From contig JALGVJ010000026.1 of NCBI GenBank assembly GCA_029838195.1, forward strand, positions 1 through 50,958: a DNA stretch of 50,958 nt. The letters run 5' to 3'. Shown here in pieces: positions 1 through 9,971 of this stretch (its first letter is position 1; each line of letters starts with the position of its first letter). Origin of the DNA: Promethearchaeota archaeon (lineage in GTDB: Archaea; Asgardarchaeota; Lokiarchaeia; Sigyniarchaeales; SOKP01). Under the pieces are notes generated by a model. The model had not been told where the DNA came from. It did not search any database and worked only from the letters and a program-made list of their open reading frames with translations. The translations under genes and the position numbers were made by a program.

Positions 1-490
1 GGTACATTTCGCAAGGAATCCGTGGCGAGCAGTAATCCGGGCTTTATCGTGCGGGGGAGAGGTCGTTTTTTTTTACCTTCACCGATTTAAAGGTCCCGTC
101 CAAGGAAAGAAAGCTTGAGAAATTAGGAAGGAGTGTCTCCTCACTTAAATCGATGGGAAGATAGTTTCTAGTTCCCTATTCGTTGACCCATCACTGAACC
201 GTGGATTGCGACACTTTAACCAGATGAAACTACTTTAAATCTTGCCACACCCGTCTAATCGATTCCCCTATTTTGAGCACGCGGGTGATTATATATTCTA
301 TAACTCCCGGTATGAAACGGGTTCCAATTGGGATGAGCGGGTGCTCTCCCAAATCCTGGATCTCTCTCATTCTATAAGAGAGTCTCCTGATATGGGATGA
401 TTTACAGTGGGGATAGTGTTCCGGGAAAAAATCTGCATCGGAATGTTCCCGAATTTCTAATTCAATCCCCTCATCAACATTTTCTTTCAC
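1..490 (-). pseudogene. Degenerate transposase remnant (ISL3-like N-terminal Zn-finger; runs off the window edge)
   Basis: ORF 230..490 has a decayed CPxCxS..Y.R.IQDLG motif (YPHCKSSHIRRLSYRMREIQDLG). Beyond the stop it continues with more stops and a frameshift into a HTH-like VSQSTVQ*WV and a DDE-like SLDGTFKSV. GC is higher than the flanks. Confidence 0.55.
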
Positions 491-770
491 ATGATTACTT
501 GGTTTTCTCCATGCTTAAATCTTTTGGTCCTTAAGGGAGATAGAATAGAGAGAGGGGTGAATTCACTGGATAGTGCTCCCCAACGGTTCAAAGTAAGAGA
601 TTGAAAAGATTCTTTCTGGAGGAAATGTAAGCTTTCCACAGATTTAATCGTCATCGTTGAAATAGCTCCAAATGGAAGCTATCATGTTTAATTCATAGTC
701 AAAAATTTAAGAAAGATTTGAAAAAAAAAGATCATGAAAATGAAAAATAATAAAAATGAATATTAAAGTA

Positions 771-2165
771 TTATAAACCTAATTCTTTAATTTTTATCTT
801 ATTCTTCTCAATTTTTTGAGGCGTTAAATCATACCATTTCCAGAAAAGTAATACTGCAATGAGCATGTAAATCCCAGGAGCAAGACCTACTTGAAGATGT
901 ATGCCCCAGACTGCATTTGCAGTTTGCTCTATTGAACCTTCTTTAAATCCTGTCATTGTATGGATGATGGCAAACGTTATGGATTGAATTACTATTGCTA
1001 ATCTTGAAAAAAATTGGCGAAGCCCGTAATAAACACCTTCTTCATGTTTCTCATGTCTTGCTATTGACTCATCAATTACATCTCCCATAACAGGAGGCAG
1101 TATGACATAACATCCACCCAACCCTATCCCCCAAAAAATTAACACGATGAAATACCCCAATAATGTATTAATAAAAATAAATGGAAACGTAAAAATCGTT
1201 AATATAACAGAGGCAAGTATCAAGGTTTTTTTATTATCATTTAATTTTTGTGCTAACTTAATCCATAGAGGAATGGATAGGATTGCCCCCAAAAGAAAGG
1301 GGATTTGAAGGAAAACTTGAATGGAGGCAGGCATATTCAAGATGAATCGAACAATGTAAGGGACTGAGGTTTGAATACATATGGTTAAACTTATAAATAA
1401 CATGTACATGAGTAAAAATGTAATAAAGGATTTTTGTCTAAGGGCAGACTTAAATGCTTGAAAAACAGATTCTCCTTCCTCTTTTTTCTTTTCTTTTGAA
1501 TAAAATATTGTTTTCATTACTGGATCATCTCGAAATCCCGGTAAAGCAATTCCTAAAAGAATTAAAGCAATGATGATGACAGCACCAGCTTGAATTATAT
1601 ATGATTGGCGTACGCCATAAGTGACAAACATTGGGGGAATAATGCCACCAAATATGATCCCTATAATTCCCATGGGCACGGAAATTCCCGAGGCAATTCT
1701 ACGTTCTTTTACTGAGCGAAACTTGTTTGGAAAAAAAGCATAGAAATTTACATCAAAAATGGAGGCAAAAGTATCAAATAGAAAAGTCGATAATATTAAC
1801 CAACCAAAAATAACCCAAGGATTTTCCTTAGGATTCGTATTAGGAGGAGTAAAAATTAAAAGATAACAAAAAATCCAGGGAATCCCTCCAAAAAGCAACC
1901 ATGGAAAGAATCTTCCGAATTTTTTGTTAAGTTTACTTGTTTTATTCGTTAGAACACCAATGAGAGGATCGTTTACGGCATTCCACACCCCATACAATAT
2001 AAAGGCTAAACTAGTTAGAACCACATTGAGACCTACTTCCGTTTCGTAAAAATAAAAACCAAAAGCGATAAATGCATTAGCTACAAATTGCCTGGCACAT
2101 CTTCCCAAGCCATACGATATCATGCTAATTTTTGATGAGGCACGCTCTGATTCATTTGTGTTCAT
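771..2165 (-). CDS. MFS transporter, GPH/MelB-like (MFS_2) family
   Basis: About 12 TM segments; family motifs WNAVNDPLIG, KFGRFFPW, GDVIDE..EGVYYG. Confidence 0.9.
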   Translation of the reverse strand: MNTNESERASSKISMISYGLGRCARQFVANAFIAFGFYFYETEVGLNVVLTSLAFILYGVWNAVNDPLIGVLTNKTSKLNKKFGRFFPWLLFGGIPWIFCYLLIFTPPNTNPKENPWVIFGWLILSTFLFDTFASIFDVNFYAFFPNKFRSVKERRIASGISVPMGIIGIIFGGIIPPMFVTYGVRQSYIIQAGAVIIIALILLGIALPGFRDDPVMKTIFYSKEKKKEEGESVFQAFKSALRQKSFITFLLMYMLFISLTICIQTSVPYIVRFILNMPASIQVFLQIPFLLGAILSIPLWIKLAQKLNDNKKTLILASVILTIFTFPFIFINTLLGYFIVLIFWGIGLGGCYVILPPVMGDVIDESIARHEKHEEGVYYGLRQFFSRLAIVIQSITFAIIHTMTGFKEGSIEQTANAVWGIHLQVGLAPGIYMLIAVLLFWKWYDLTPQKIEKNKIKIKELGL

Positions 2166-2218
2166 GTTTATTCACGTTTTTTCTTTATTTTTTATTAAGA
2201 AAGGTAAATTAATGAATA

Positions 2219-2250
2219 TTAAATATTAATTGTATACAATTTCTATTTAA
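2219..2250. promoter_or_regulatory. 32-bp palindromic operator/promoter, copy 1
   Basis: TTAAATA-TTA-ATTGTATACAAT-TTC-TATTTAA upstream of the MFS gene; same layout recurs at 2963..2994. Confidence 0.6.
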
Positions 2251-2318
2251 ATATTTCTATATTAAAATTTAAATTTATTCTAAAGAGAACTAGAAAAAGA
2301 ATGAATTTGTTTGAGAAC

Positions 2319-2933
2319 CTAGGCGGTTTCATTTTTTTTTAGTTTGAACGTTAAGAGAATTTTATTTTCACCTAAATTTTCGTGGATCAAGTGATATGAA
2401 TGAGATTTTAGAAAATTTAAGAGATAGTATTTAACATAGAGAGAAAATTTTTCATTAAAACCGTGATTTCCGCCAAAGATTAAGAGATCTTTGTTAAATA
2501 GGTATTTAACAGAATTAAACCAATTTTGACCATCATATTGAAAAATATTATTTTTAAGAATATTTAGTAGTGCTCTGGGCTTAATTTCTAAAGGATTAAC
2601 TTTTTCACCATAAATAGTTAAGAAATATCCTTGGATCCCTTGAAGGGTGTTTTCATAAGATTTTTTGGCAAATTCTTTTATTTCTATTTCATCAAGACAA
2701 TTTATCATAAATTTAAAATCTTCTTTATTGATAATTATTTTTGGCAAGACATAAGAGATATTTTTATCATCTCTATGAGCAAATTTAAGATAATATCTTA
2801 TTGCTTTGCGTACAAGTTTGCTATTTGAGAGATCATAATTCTGACAATATTTCTTTAAATATTGAAAAGTTCTGAAACTAACTCGTGTGGATACTATTAT
2901 TTCTTTTTTTTCTGCCATCTCAATATTCACCAA
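2319..2933 (-). CDS. Putative transcription regulator, N-terminal ribbon-helix-helix plus uncharacterised C-terminal domain
   Basis: N-terminus IIVSTRVS..FQYLKKYC..DLSNSKLVRKAIRYYL fits the RHH strand-helix-helix pattern. Confidence 0.6.
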   Translation of the reverse strand: MVNIEMAEKKEIIVSTRVSFRTFQYLKKYCQNYDLSNSKLVRKAIRYYLKFAHRDDKNISYVLPKIIINKEDFKFMINCLDEIEIKEFAKKSYENTLQGIQGYFLTIYGEKVNPLEIKPRALLNILKNNIFQYDGQNWFNSVKYLFNKDLLIFGGNHGFNEKFSLYVKYYLLNFLKSHSYHLIHENLGENKILLTFKLKKNETA

Positions 2934-2962
2934 AATTTAATGGATTTTATTTAAAAAAAGAT

Positions 2963-2994
2963 TTAAATATGTATTGTAAACATTATATATTTAA
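2963..2994. promoter_or_regulatory. 32-bp palindromic operator/promoter, copy 2
   Basis: TTAAATA-TGT-ATTGTAAACATT-ATA-TATTTAA in the divergent spacer between the RHH gene and the FabK-like gene. Confidence 0.6.
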
Positions 2995-3051
2995 ATTATA
3001 TTTTTTATTTATTCAAGTAATGAATCATAATACAATTAAAGAAAGTATAAA

Positions 3052-4098
3052 GTGAAAAAAATCATGGTAATTGAAACCAACATTACAAGAATGCTTGGAA
3101 TTAAAAATCCAATAATAGCTGCACCCATGGGACCTTTTTACACTACAGAACTCACGGTGGCAGTTTCTGAGGCTGGTGGTTTAGGAGTGTTAAGTCATAC
3201 GAATTTATTCGGGAAAAGTTCACTTGAAGAAATGAAAAAAAATATGGAATATGTAATAGAACATACGGATAAACCTTTTGGTTTTAATATCAGGACAGCT
3301 CGCTTGCAACCGGATGCTCCTACTCTCTGTAGAAAAATTCCAGAATTTATAATGAAAAATCCAAGATTACGGGAGCAAGTGCGCTATGTTATCACGAGTG
3401 CTGGCACTCCCAAAATGTTAAAAACAAAATCTTTTGAAAAATTGAAGAAAAGTAGTTCACAGATCAAGCATTTTCATGTAGCTCCATCTTTACGGTTAGC
3501 AGATAAATGCATTGCAGCAGAGGTAGATGGTCTTGTTTGTACGGGCACAGAGGGGGGTGGTCATCAATCATATGAGAAAGTAACCACGTTAGTTTTGATA
3601 CAACAAGTGGCTCAAAAATATCCCAACATTCCTCTTATTGCTTGTGGAGGTTTTGCAACTGGACAAGGATTAGCAGCAGCTCTTTCAATGGGAGCAGGTG
3701 CCATAGCAATGGGTTCCAGATTCATTGCTTCAAAAGAGAGTGAGTTTCATGAGAATTATAAAAACATAGTTCCTAAAGCAAAAGCAGAGGATACCATTTT
3801 AGTTACAGGCACCTTTGGCCCCATAAGACTATGGAAGAATAAATATGCCCTTCAACAGAATTTAGTTGCAAGTAAAGAAGAAAAATTGGCTTTAGAGGCA
3901 CAAATGACGGCGGAAGAAATGGTAAAAAAATTAAAAGGTGGAGAACTCGCATATAAAGGAGATATTGAAAATGGGAGCGTTCTGTTAGGACAGTCAATAG
4001 GAATAATAAATAGCATAGATCATGTTCAAGATATTATAGACAAGATAGTTAAAGATGCAGAAAAATGCTTAAAAAATGCCGTTTCATTAATTAAATAA
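3052..4098 (+). CDS. Nitronate monooxygenase / FabK-like flavoenzyme
   Basis: NPIIAAPMG, AVSEAGGLG, GTEGGGH, IACGG, MGSRF motifs. Confidence 0.9.
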   Translation: MKKIMVIETNITRMLGIKNPIIAAPMGPFYTTELTVAVSEAGGLGVLSHTNLFGKSSLEEMKKNMEYVIEHTDKPFGFNIRTARLQPDAPTLCRKIPEFIMKNPRLREQVRYVITSAGTPKMLKTKSFEKLKKSSSQIKHFHVAPSLRLADKCIAAEVDGLVCTGTEGGGHQSYEKVTTLVLIQQVAQKYPNIPLIACGGFATGQGLAAALSMGAGAIAMGSRFIASKESEFHENYKNIVPKAKAEDTILVTGTFGPIRLWKNKYALQQNLVASKEEKLALEAQMTAEEMVKKLKGGELAYKGDIENGSVLLGQSIGIINSIDHVQDIIDKIVKDAEKCLKNAVSLIK

Positions 4099-4141
4099 TT
4101 ATGATTGAAAAAAAGAAATAAAAAAGGAGGTTTTAGTTAGA

Positions 4142-4912
4142 TTGAGTGAATTCATCATTACTGAAACTTTAGAGAGAGTATTGCGCATCGAGATCAAGAG
4201 ACCAGAAAAGAAAAATGCTTTAACCATGGAAATGTATGCGGCCATTGCTAAAGCCATTAATCAAGGGGAACAAGATCCTTCCATTCGCGTTATATTAGTT
4301 CATGGCCAAAAAGAATTTTTCTGCGTGGGAAATGATATTAGAGAATTTCAAAGTGTTTCCGTTCCCAAAGGGACGAATCCAATCGCAGATTTTAGTGCTG
4401 CTCTTAGAACATCTAAAAAACCACTTGTAGCCGCAGTAAATGGATATGCTGTTGGAGTGGGAATGACGATGCTCCTCCATTTCGATTTAGTATATGCTGG
4501 ATCTAACGCAAAATTTAGAGCACCTTTTGTAGATTTAGCATTATGTCCGGATGCGGGATCAACATATATCTTACCTCGATTATTAGGGCACCAGAGAGCA
4601 TCGGAAATATTCCTATTAAGTGATTATTTTACAGCAGAAGAAGCTTATCAATTTGGGCTTGTTAATAAAGTATTTCCTACAGACGAGGTATTAGAACAAG
4701 CATTATCAATATGCAACCAATTATCTTTAAAACCTCCAGCCTCTGTGAGATTAACTAAAGAGTTATTGAAACGGTATACAGCTAATCCAATAAATGAGGC
4801 AAGAATGGTGGAATTAAAGAATTTCACCAAAAAACTTCGCTCTCGTGAGGCTCGTGAAGTTTTTAAAGCATTCGTGGAAAAACGAAAACCCGATTTTTCA
4901 AAATTCAAGTAA
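4142..4912 (+). CDS. Enoyl-CoA hydratase/isomerase (crotonase family)
   Basis: RPEKKNAL, FCVGNDI, KPLVAAVNGYAVGVG; TTG start with an AGGAGG SD. Confidence 0.92.
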   Translation: MSEFIITETLERVLRIEIKRPEKKNALTMEMYAAIAKAINQGEQDPSIRVILVHGQKEFFCVGNDIREFQSVSVPKGTNPIADFSAALRTSKKPLVAAVNGYAVGVGMTMLLHFDLVYAGSNAKFRAPFVDLALCPDAGSTYILPRLLGHQRASEIFLLSDYFTAEEAYQFGLVNKVFPTDEVLEQALSICNQLSLKPPASVRLTKELLKRYTANPINEARMVELKNFTKKLRSREAREVFKAFVEKRKPDFSKFK

Positions 4913-5056
4913 ATTTCGAAATAATTGACACCAGTCGAAACAATAGAATTTGTAAAATTGAATTTTTACCTGATTATTAAAAGAAATTTTTCATCTCATA
5001 AAAGAGAAAAAATATAGACGATTTTTCATTTTTTCTTTTTTATAATATTTTTTTTT

Positions 5057-5311
5057 GGGAAAGCATCCGGAAAAAAGCATGATGCGAAGAAAGAATCGCG
5101 CATTCGTTCCAAAATCGAAGCTTTTTTCTGAAATCTTCAAGGGAATTATAATTTTGGGCGGATCAAGGTGCGTGGTTTAAAAAACATGAGAATTGAAATG
5201 GGGTTAAAGGTGAGTGCGTGGAATCTTTATTCTTTTCTTTCCCATGTGGAAGGGCATTTTAAAGATCGGATCAGTTTAAGAAAATTTTTTCATGAAAATT
5301 TAATAAAGTAG
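5057..5311 (+). pseudogene. C-terminal fragment of a DDE transposase (IS4/IS5/IS1182-like)
   Basis: Hand translation RIRSKIEAFF*NLQGNYNFGRIKVRGLKNMRIEMGLKVSAWNL matches the R..IE..F / RGL / A.NL tail; one internal stop and no N-terminus. Confidence 0.65.
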
Positions 5312-5365
5312 GATTCTAATAATTATTCAATAGCCTTTTTAATTTAAAATAGTATTACATATTCC

Positions 5366-6070
5366 ATGTATTTTCCCATTCCAAAAATAAATGAATTTTT
5401 CCGATTATCTACACCAATAAATGGAATAATTTCAATTTATGGTGATTTTGGAGTCGGTAAGACAACGCTTGCCCTCCAAGTGGCCCTAAAGGCAGTTGAA
5501 AAGGGAGCAAGAGTTATTTTTTTATATACTAAACCCATTTTTCCCCTTCAAAAATTACATGACTTGTCTTTTAAGTTTAGAGAACTGAATACCCTTAGTA
5601 GTTTGAATGACATTCTGTTCATAAAGGTTCAAACATTTGAAGAATTAAGCGATTTAATTCTAAAATTGGAGTTTCAAATTCTCTCAGATAAGAAGTTTAA
5701 TAAAACTCAGAATCCCGTACTCATCTTGGATTCACTTACAGATTTGATGCGATTAAAATGGAATCCAAAAACTAAAAAAAAAAATTTTCAAATTTATTAC
5801 CAATTAAATCGAACCTTAGCAACCTTATCTCATTTAAATCAAGAATATAACATGTTAGAAATAGTCATTAATGAAGTTAGTAAAATCCAAAAAGACAATA
5901 TAGCATTAGAAGTTCAGAGTGGAGGAAAAGTAATGGAATATTGGATTCCTTTTTCCCTTCATTTAAAACGCGTAAAAACATTAAAAAAAAGAATGTTAGT
6001 GTTAAAAAATCAAAAATTATCCCAAAAGAATGTACTTACGGTAGAACTTACCAAAAATGGTTTTATGTGA
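5366..6070 (+). CDS. RadB-like RecA-family ATPase
   Basis: Walker A YGDFGVGKTT, Walker B LILDSL, INEV and GGKVMEYW. Confidence 0.75.
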   Translation: MYFPIPKINEFFRLSTPINGIISIYGDFGVGKTTLALQVALKAVEKGARVIFLYTKPIFPLQKLHDLSFKFRELNTLSSLNDILFIKVQTFEELSDLILKLEFQILSDKKFNKTQNPVLILDSLTDLMRLKWNPKTKKKNFQIYYQLNRTLATLSHLNQEYNMLEIVINEVSKIQKDNIALEVQSGGKVMEYWIPFSLHLKRVKTLKKRMLVLKNQKLSQKNVLTVELTKNGFM

Positions 6071-6227
6071 AAAATATAACCCAATACAATAGAAATCCAT
6101 TTTAATTTTAATCTATCGCCTTGTTTTCTTGTTTTAATGTTTAATTATTCAGTGAATTGTTCTGCTGGGCTTTTTTTTCTTAATTTGGAGAAATTTTATT
6201 TCACATCATTCCTTTTAGTAAAATGGG

Positions 6228-7211
6228 ATGGAACATTCTGAACAAATAAAATTAACCCGCTTCTTAGAAAGAGAGTTACCTCATTATTTTCCCAATAAGG
6301 GAGATTTAATTGAAATTATTGAAACCATAGCCGAAGCTACCATACCTATCAGGGGATTACTCGAAAAAGGGATTACTTCCAGAGAAATCCATTTAAGAAT
6401 GAATATTAGAGAGCCTGAAAAAGGAACCAAGAATATCTATGAAGAAGAACAAATTCATGAAGATATATTAACGCATTCTATAATTCTAAAGGCGCTAGTG
6501 GAGAATAAAGTTAATTTTTCTTTTATCGCTTCCGAAGAGGCAGAACCAATTTTTGGTACGGGAAAATATGGAATAACCACGGATCCTGTAGATGGATCTT
6601 CTAATGTTGCTGTGAATCGCACCGTAGGAACGATAGTGGGAATATGGGATGAAAATGGAAATATTATTTGCTCTTTTTACGTGCTTTATGGAATTTTTAC
6701 AAACTTAGTGATAGCTGTTAATGGTAAAGTTGCAGAATTCATTTTGGATACGACGCCTTATAGCATGAATTTTTATCACTATATCTTACACGACTATTTA
6801 ACCTTGCCGGATAAAGATAGAGGTGGTATTCGTTGCATGGGTGGAGATAATGAGACGTGGTCAGAAAAATGTAAGAAATATGAGAGAGAGCTCATGAAAA
6901 GAGGCTATAAAGATAGATATAGTGGCAGTTTTGTTGGAGATTTTCACGCTATATTATATTATGGGGGGATCTATTCTTATTTCCCTCAAGAAAATAAAAC
7001 TAAATTGCGCCTCTATTATGAATGGCTCCCATTGGCCTTTATAGCAAAAACTCTAAAAGGAGAATTTTTTATCATAGAACCCAATGATGAAATCATGGAA
7101 ATGGCCGATACTGAACCCTTAAAAAAAAATAATGTCAAAAGAATTCATGCTACCACCTGCGGGGGCTTGATTGGAAATAAAAAAGCAGTAGAATTATTTA
7201 GACTAATTTAA
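6228..7211 (+). CDS. fbp: Fructose-1,6-bisphosphatase class I
   Basis: ASEE, DPVDGSSN, VGTI, RYSGSFVGDFH, KLRLYYE motifs. Confidence 0.88.
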   Translation: MEHSEQIKLTRFLERELPHYFPNKGDLIEIIETIAEATIPIRGLLEKGITSREIHLRMNIREPEKGTKNIYEEEQIHEDILTHSIILKALVENKVNFSFIASEEAEPIFGTGKYGITTDPVDGSSNVAVNRTVGTIVGIWDENGNIICSFYVLYGIFTNLVIAVNGKVAEFILDTTPYSMNFYHYILHDYLTLPDKDRGGIRCMGGDNETWSEKCKKYERELMKRGYKDRYSGSFVGDFHAILYYGGIYSYFPQENKTKLRLYYEWLPLAFIAKTLKGEFFIIEPNDEIMEMADTEPLKKNNVKRIHATTCGGLIGNKKAVELFRLI

Positions 7212-7212
7212 A

Positions 7213-8448
7213 ATGGATAATAAAAAGAATTTAAAAAAAATTAAAGAACATACAACTAATTTTCTCATTCATGGAGAAGATTATAATTCTACTCCCTCAA
7301 AATCCATGAAGGTTTTCTATAACAAGAAAATGATCCTAAACCGAGATATTACTTCTCTTGCAATAAATGCATACGCTCAAATGTTTAATAAAAACGCTCT
7401 TACCGTTTTAGATTCGATGGCTGCAACGGGAATAGGAGCTATTCGTCTCATTAAGGAATGTAAAAATATTTCTACCGTTTATATTAATGATATTAATCCT
7501 TTAGCCATTGAAATGGCTCGTGAAAACTTAAAGTTAAATGATTTGCCAAATCATAATTTAAAGATACGCATTTTTAATGAAGACGCCAATTTATTATTTA
7601 ACAAAATTAAAAAATGGGCTCATGAATCCAAAAAGAAAAATATTCACTTTCCGGATATTATTTTAATTGATCCCTTTGGGACTCCTAATCTCTATCTTGA
7701 TGCAGCTTTTAAAGCCATAAAGAAAGAGAAAGGGTTAATCTGCATAACCGCAACAGATACACCTGTTTTATTTGGGGTCCGTCCTAAGGCGTGTTATAGA
7801 AAATATTTAGCCAAACCATTACACGTAGAATATTGTAAGGAAATTGGTAGTAGAATTTTGATTTGTTTTTCATCAAAAATTGCAAATATTAATAATTTAG
7901 GAGTGGCCCCCCTCTTAACTTTTTATTCCAATCATTTCGTGCGCATCTTTCTCTTGACTTTTAAAAATAAAAATCAAATTCATGAAAACTTTAAAAATTA
8001 CGGTTATATCCTTCATTGTCAGTGTAATCATCGATTTATACTTGAGGACCCATTAAACCTTCCAGATATGTGCCCCGCTTGCTATGAGAAAAATCATTTT
8101 AAATTGGCGGGCCCTCTCTGGCTAGGAGAATTACATGATGTGGCTTTTTTAGAAAGAGTGAGAACACTTAATGAAACAGAACATTTTCCCAATAAAAAAA
8201 AAATTGCAAAAATCCTTGAACATGCTAAGGCGGAAATAGGGATGCCTCCTTATTATTACAATATTCATAAAATCTGTCAAGAATTAAATATATCTACCAT
8301 TCCTAAATTGGAGGCTCTGATTAACCTCATCCAATCTAAAGGATTTAAAGCTACTAGAACACATTTCGATTTCGTGTCCATTAAAACAACCATGAGCCAT
8401 GAACAGCTTAAAGTTACATTATCCGAAATCGCTTCTCAAATTAGGTGA
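7213..8448 (+). CDS. trm1: tRNA (guanine26-N2)-dimethyltransferase
   Basis: VFYN..M.LNRD, DSMAATGIGAIR, IDPFGTP, TATD, Zn-binding CQC/CPAC, GPLWLG. Confidence 0.95.
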   Translation: MDNKKNLKKIKEHTTNFLIHGEDYNSTPSKSMKVFYNKKMILNRDITSLAINAYAQMFNKNALTVLDSMAATGIGAIRLIKECKNISTVYINDINPLAIEMARENLKLNDLPNHNLKIRIFNEDANLLFNKIKKWAHESKKKNIHFPDIILIDPFGTPNLYLDAAFKAIKKEKGLICITATDTPVLFGVRPKACYRKYLAKPLHVEYCKEIGSRILICFSSKIANINNLGVAPLLTFYSNHFVRIFLLTFKNKNQIHENFKNYGYILHCQCNHRFILEDPLNLPDMCPACYEKNHFKLAGPLWLGELHDVAFLERVRTLNETEHFPNKKKIAKILEHAKAEIGMPPYYYNIHKICQELNISTIPKLEALINLIQSKGFKATRTHFDFVSIKTTMSHEQLKVTLSEIASQIR

Positions 8449-8452
8449 TCTC

Positions 8453-9082
8453 GTGAAAGAATCTCAAAAAAAACACAAGAAAGAGCATTATTATAAAAAA
8501 GCAAAACTTGAAAATTATCGAGCAAGAGCCGCGTATAAGCTCTTGGATATTCAAAAAAGATTTAATATCTTCAAGCGCGCGTTTTATATTTTGGATATTG
8601 GTTCAGCTCCGGGCTCATGGCTACAAGTTTCAAAAAATTTTGCAGAAGAAAATCTCAATAAGTATAATGATGCCTATTATTATCGAAACCACTATAAAAT
8701 AATGGGAATTGACGTCAAGAATATCACACCTATCGAAGGAGTCGTGTTTCTTAAAAAAGATATCAATGAACCCTCTATTGAATCAGAAATTTTTTCTTAT
8801 TTTCAAGATAAACTCGACTTATTATTATCTGACGCTTCAATTAAGAAAAGCGGTAATCAATTTAGTGATTGTCTCAGACAAATACACTTATGTGAAAGAA
8901 TCGAGCATTTAGCATTAAATTTATTAAAGGAAAAAGGCGTTTTAATAATGAAACTTTTCCAAGGAGAAGATTTTAAAAAATTTCATGACCACTTGAAAAA
9001 GAAATTTAGATCGGTGAAATCTTTTAAGCCCCCCTCATCGAAAAAAGAAAGCAATGAAATTTATTTAATATGTAAGAAATGA
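8453..9082 (+). CDS. rlmE: 23S rRNA 2'-O-methyltransferase RlmE/FtsJ
   Basis: YRARAAYKL, LDIGSAPGSW, KLFQG, KP.SS.KES.EIY. Start moved to GTG 8453 (SD AGGTGA) to avoid overlapping trm1. Confidence 0.92.
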   Translation: MKESQKKHKKEHYYKKAKLENYRARAAYKLLDIQKRFNIFKRAFYILDIGSAPGSWLQVSKNFAEENLNKYNDAYYYRNHYKIMGIDVKNITPIEGVVFLKKDINEPSIESEIFSYFQDKLDLLLSDASIKKSGNQFSDCLRQIHLCERIEHLALNLLKEKGVLIMKLFQGEDFKKFHDHLKKKFRSVKSFKPPSSKKESNEIYLICKK

Positions 9083-9144
9083 ACCATGAATCAAAAAAGT
9101 AAGAAAAATTTATTTTAAAAGGAGTTCAATTGCTCTCAGACGTT

Positions 9145-9762
9145 TTACTGGTTAAATTCCTCTTTAAACCGCTCAAAATCCACGCTATATTCTTTACCCT
9201 CTAAAGAAGTGGCGATCCATTGAGATAACCACGGACAATGATATGGATTGAATTGGTCATAATTTGTATCATTACATTTATCTGTAAAAGGACAAATAAA
9301 ACAAGGCTGACGCCCAAATATATTCCAAAGAAAATCTTTTCTGTTCATGTCGATTTTCTGCTCAGGAAGGCTCACTTCATTTTCATAATTCTCGAGAGCA
9401 AAAATACGCTTCCTCCATGCACTATCAATTAATTCTCGATTCACTTTTACCATGGAGCGCATGATTAACAAATCTAAAATGTTCTCTACTTGATCCCTAC
9501 GCAACCCCGATTTTTCCACTAAATCTTCAAACATAAGCTCTTTTTCTCTATTAATAATATTTAATATCTTATTTTCATCTTTTTTTAACGTGCGTGAAAT
9601 CTCCTTTCTCTTTTCTTCAATTAGTTCCATTCTCTTTTTTGATATGGATTCATCATCCGCTGAGGCTTCTACTCTTTCTTTAATCTTGCATTTGTGCCGA
9701 GATAATTGCACAAATGCCCTCCCACAATAGGGACAGACTTCTTTCTTCTTTTTAGATGGCAT
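9145..9762 (-). CDS. RPC34/TFE-beta-like protein (winged helix plus C-terminal 4-Cys FeS motif) with an extra N-terminal Zn finger
   Basis: wHTH (ENKILNII..FEDLVEKSGL..VENILDLL); C-terminal PCFICPFTDKC..NPYHCPWLSQW; N-terminal CPYC..HKC. Confidence 0.8.
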   Translation of the reverse strand: MPSKKKKEVCPYCGRAFVQLSRHKCKIKERVEASADDESISKKRMELIEEKRKEISRTLKKDENKILNIINREKELMFEDLVEKSGLRRDQVENILDLLIMRSMVKVNRELIDSAWRKRIFALENYENEVSLPEQKIDMNRKDFLWNIFGRQPCFICPFTDKCNDTNYDQFNPYHCPWLSQWIATSLEGKEYSVDFERFKEEFNQ

Positions 9763-9971
9763 GTTCTTTTCAAATAAATTGAAAAAATGATAGAGAGAAG
9801 AATTAATCTCGATATGTTTCCACTCTTATTATACTGAAATTATTATTTGAAAATTAATTTTATGTTTTTATACAAAAATTAAAAAATATAGATACAAATT
9901 TTATCGCTTCCTAACATCTTCATGAAAATTAATGATCAAGAAATTTTTCTTTAACGAGGATACAATCTACT

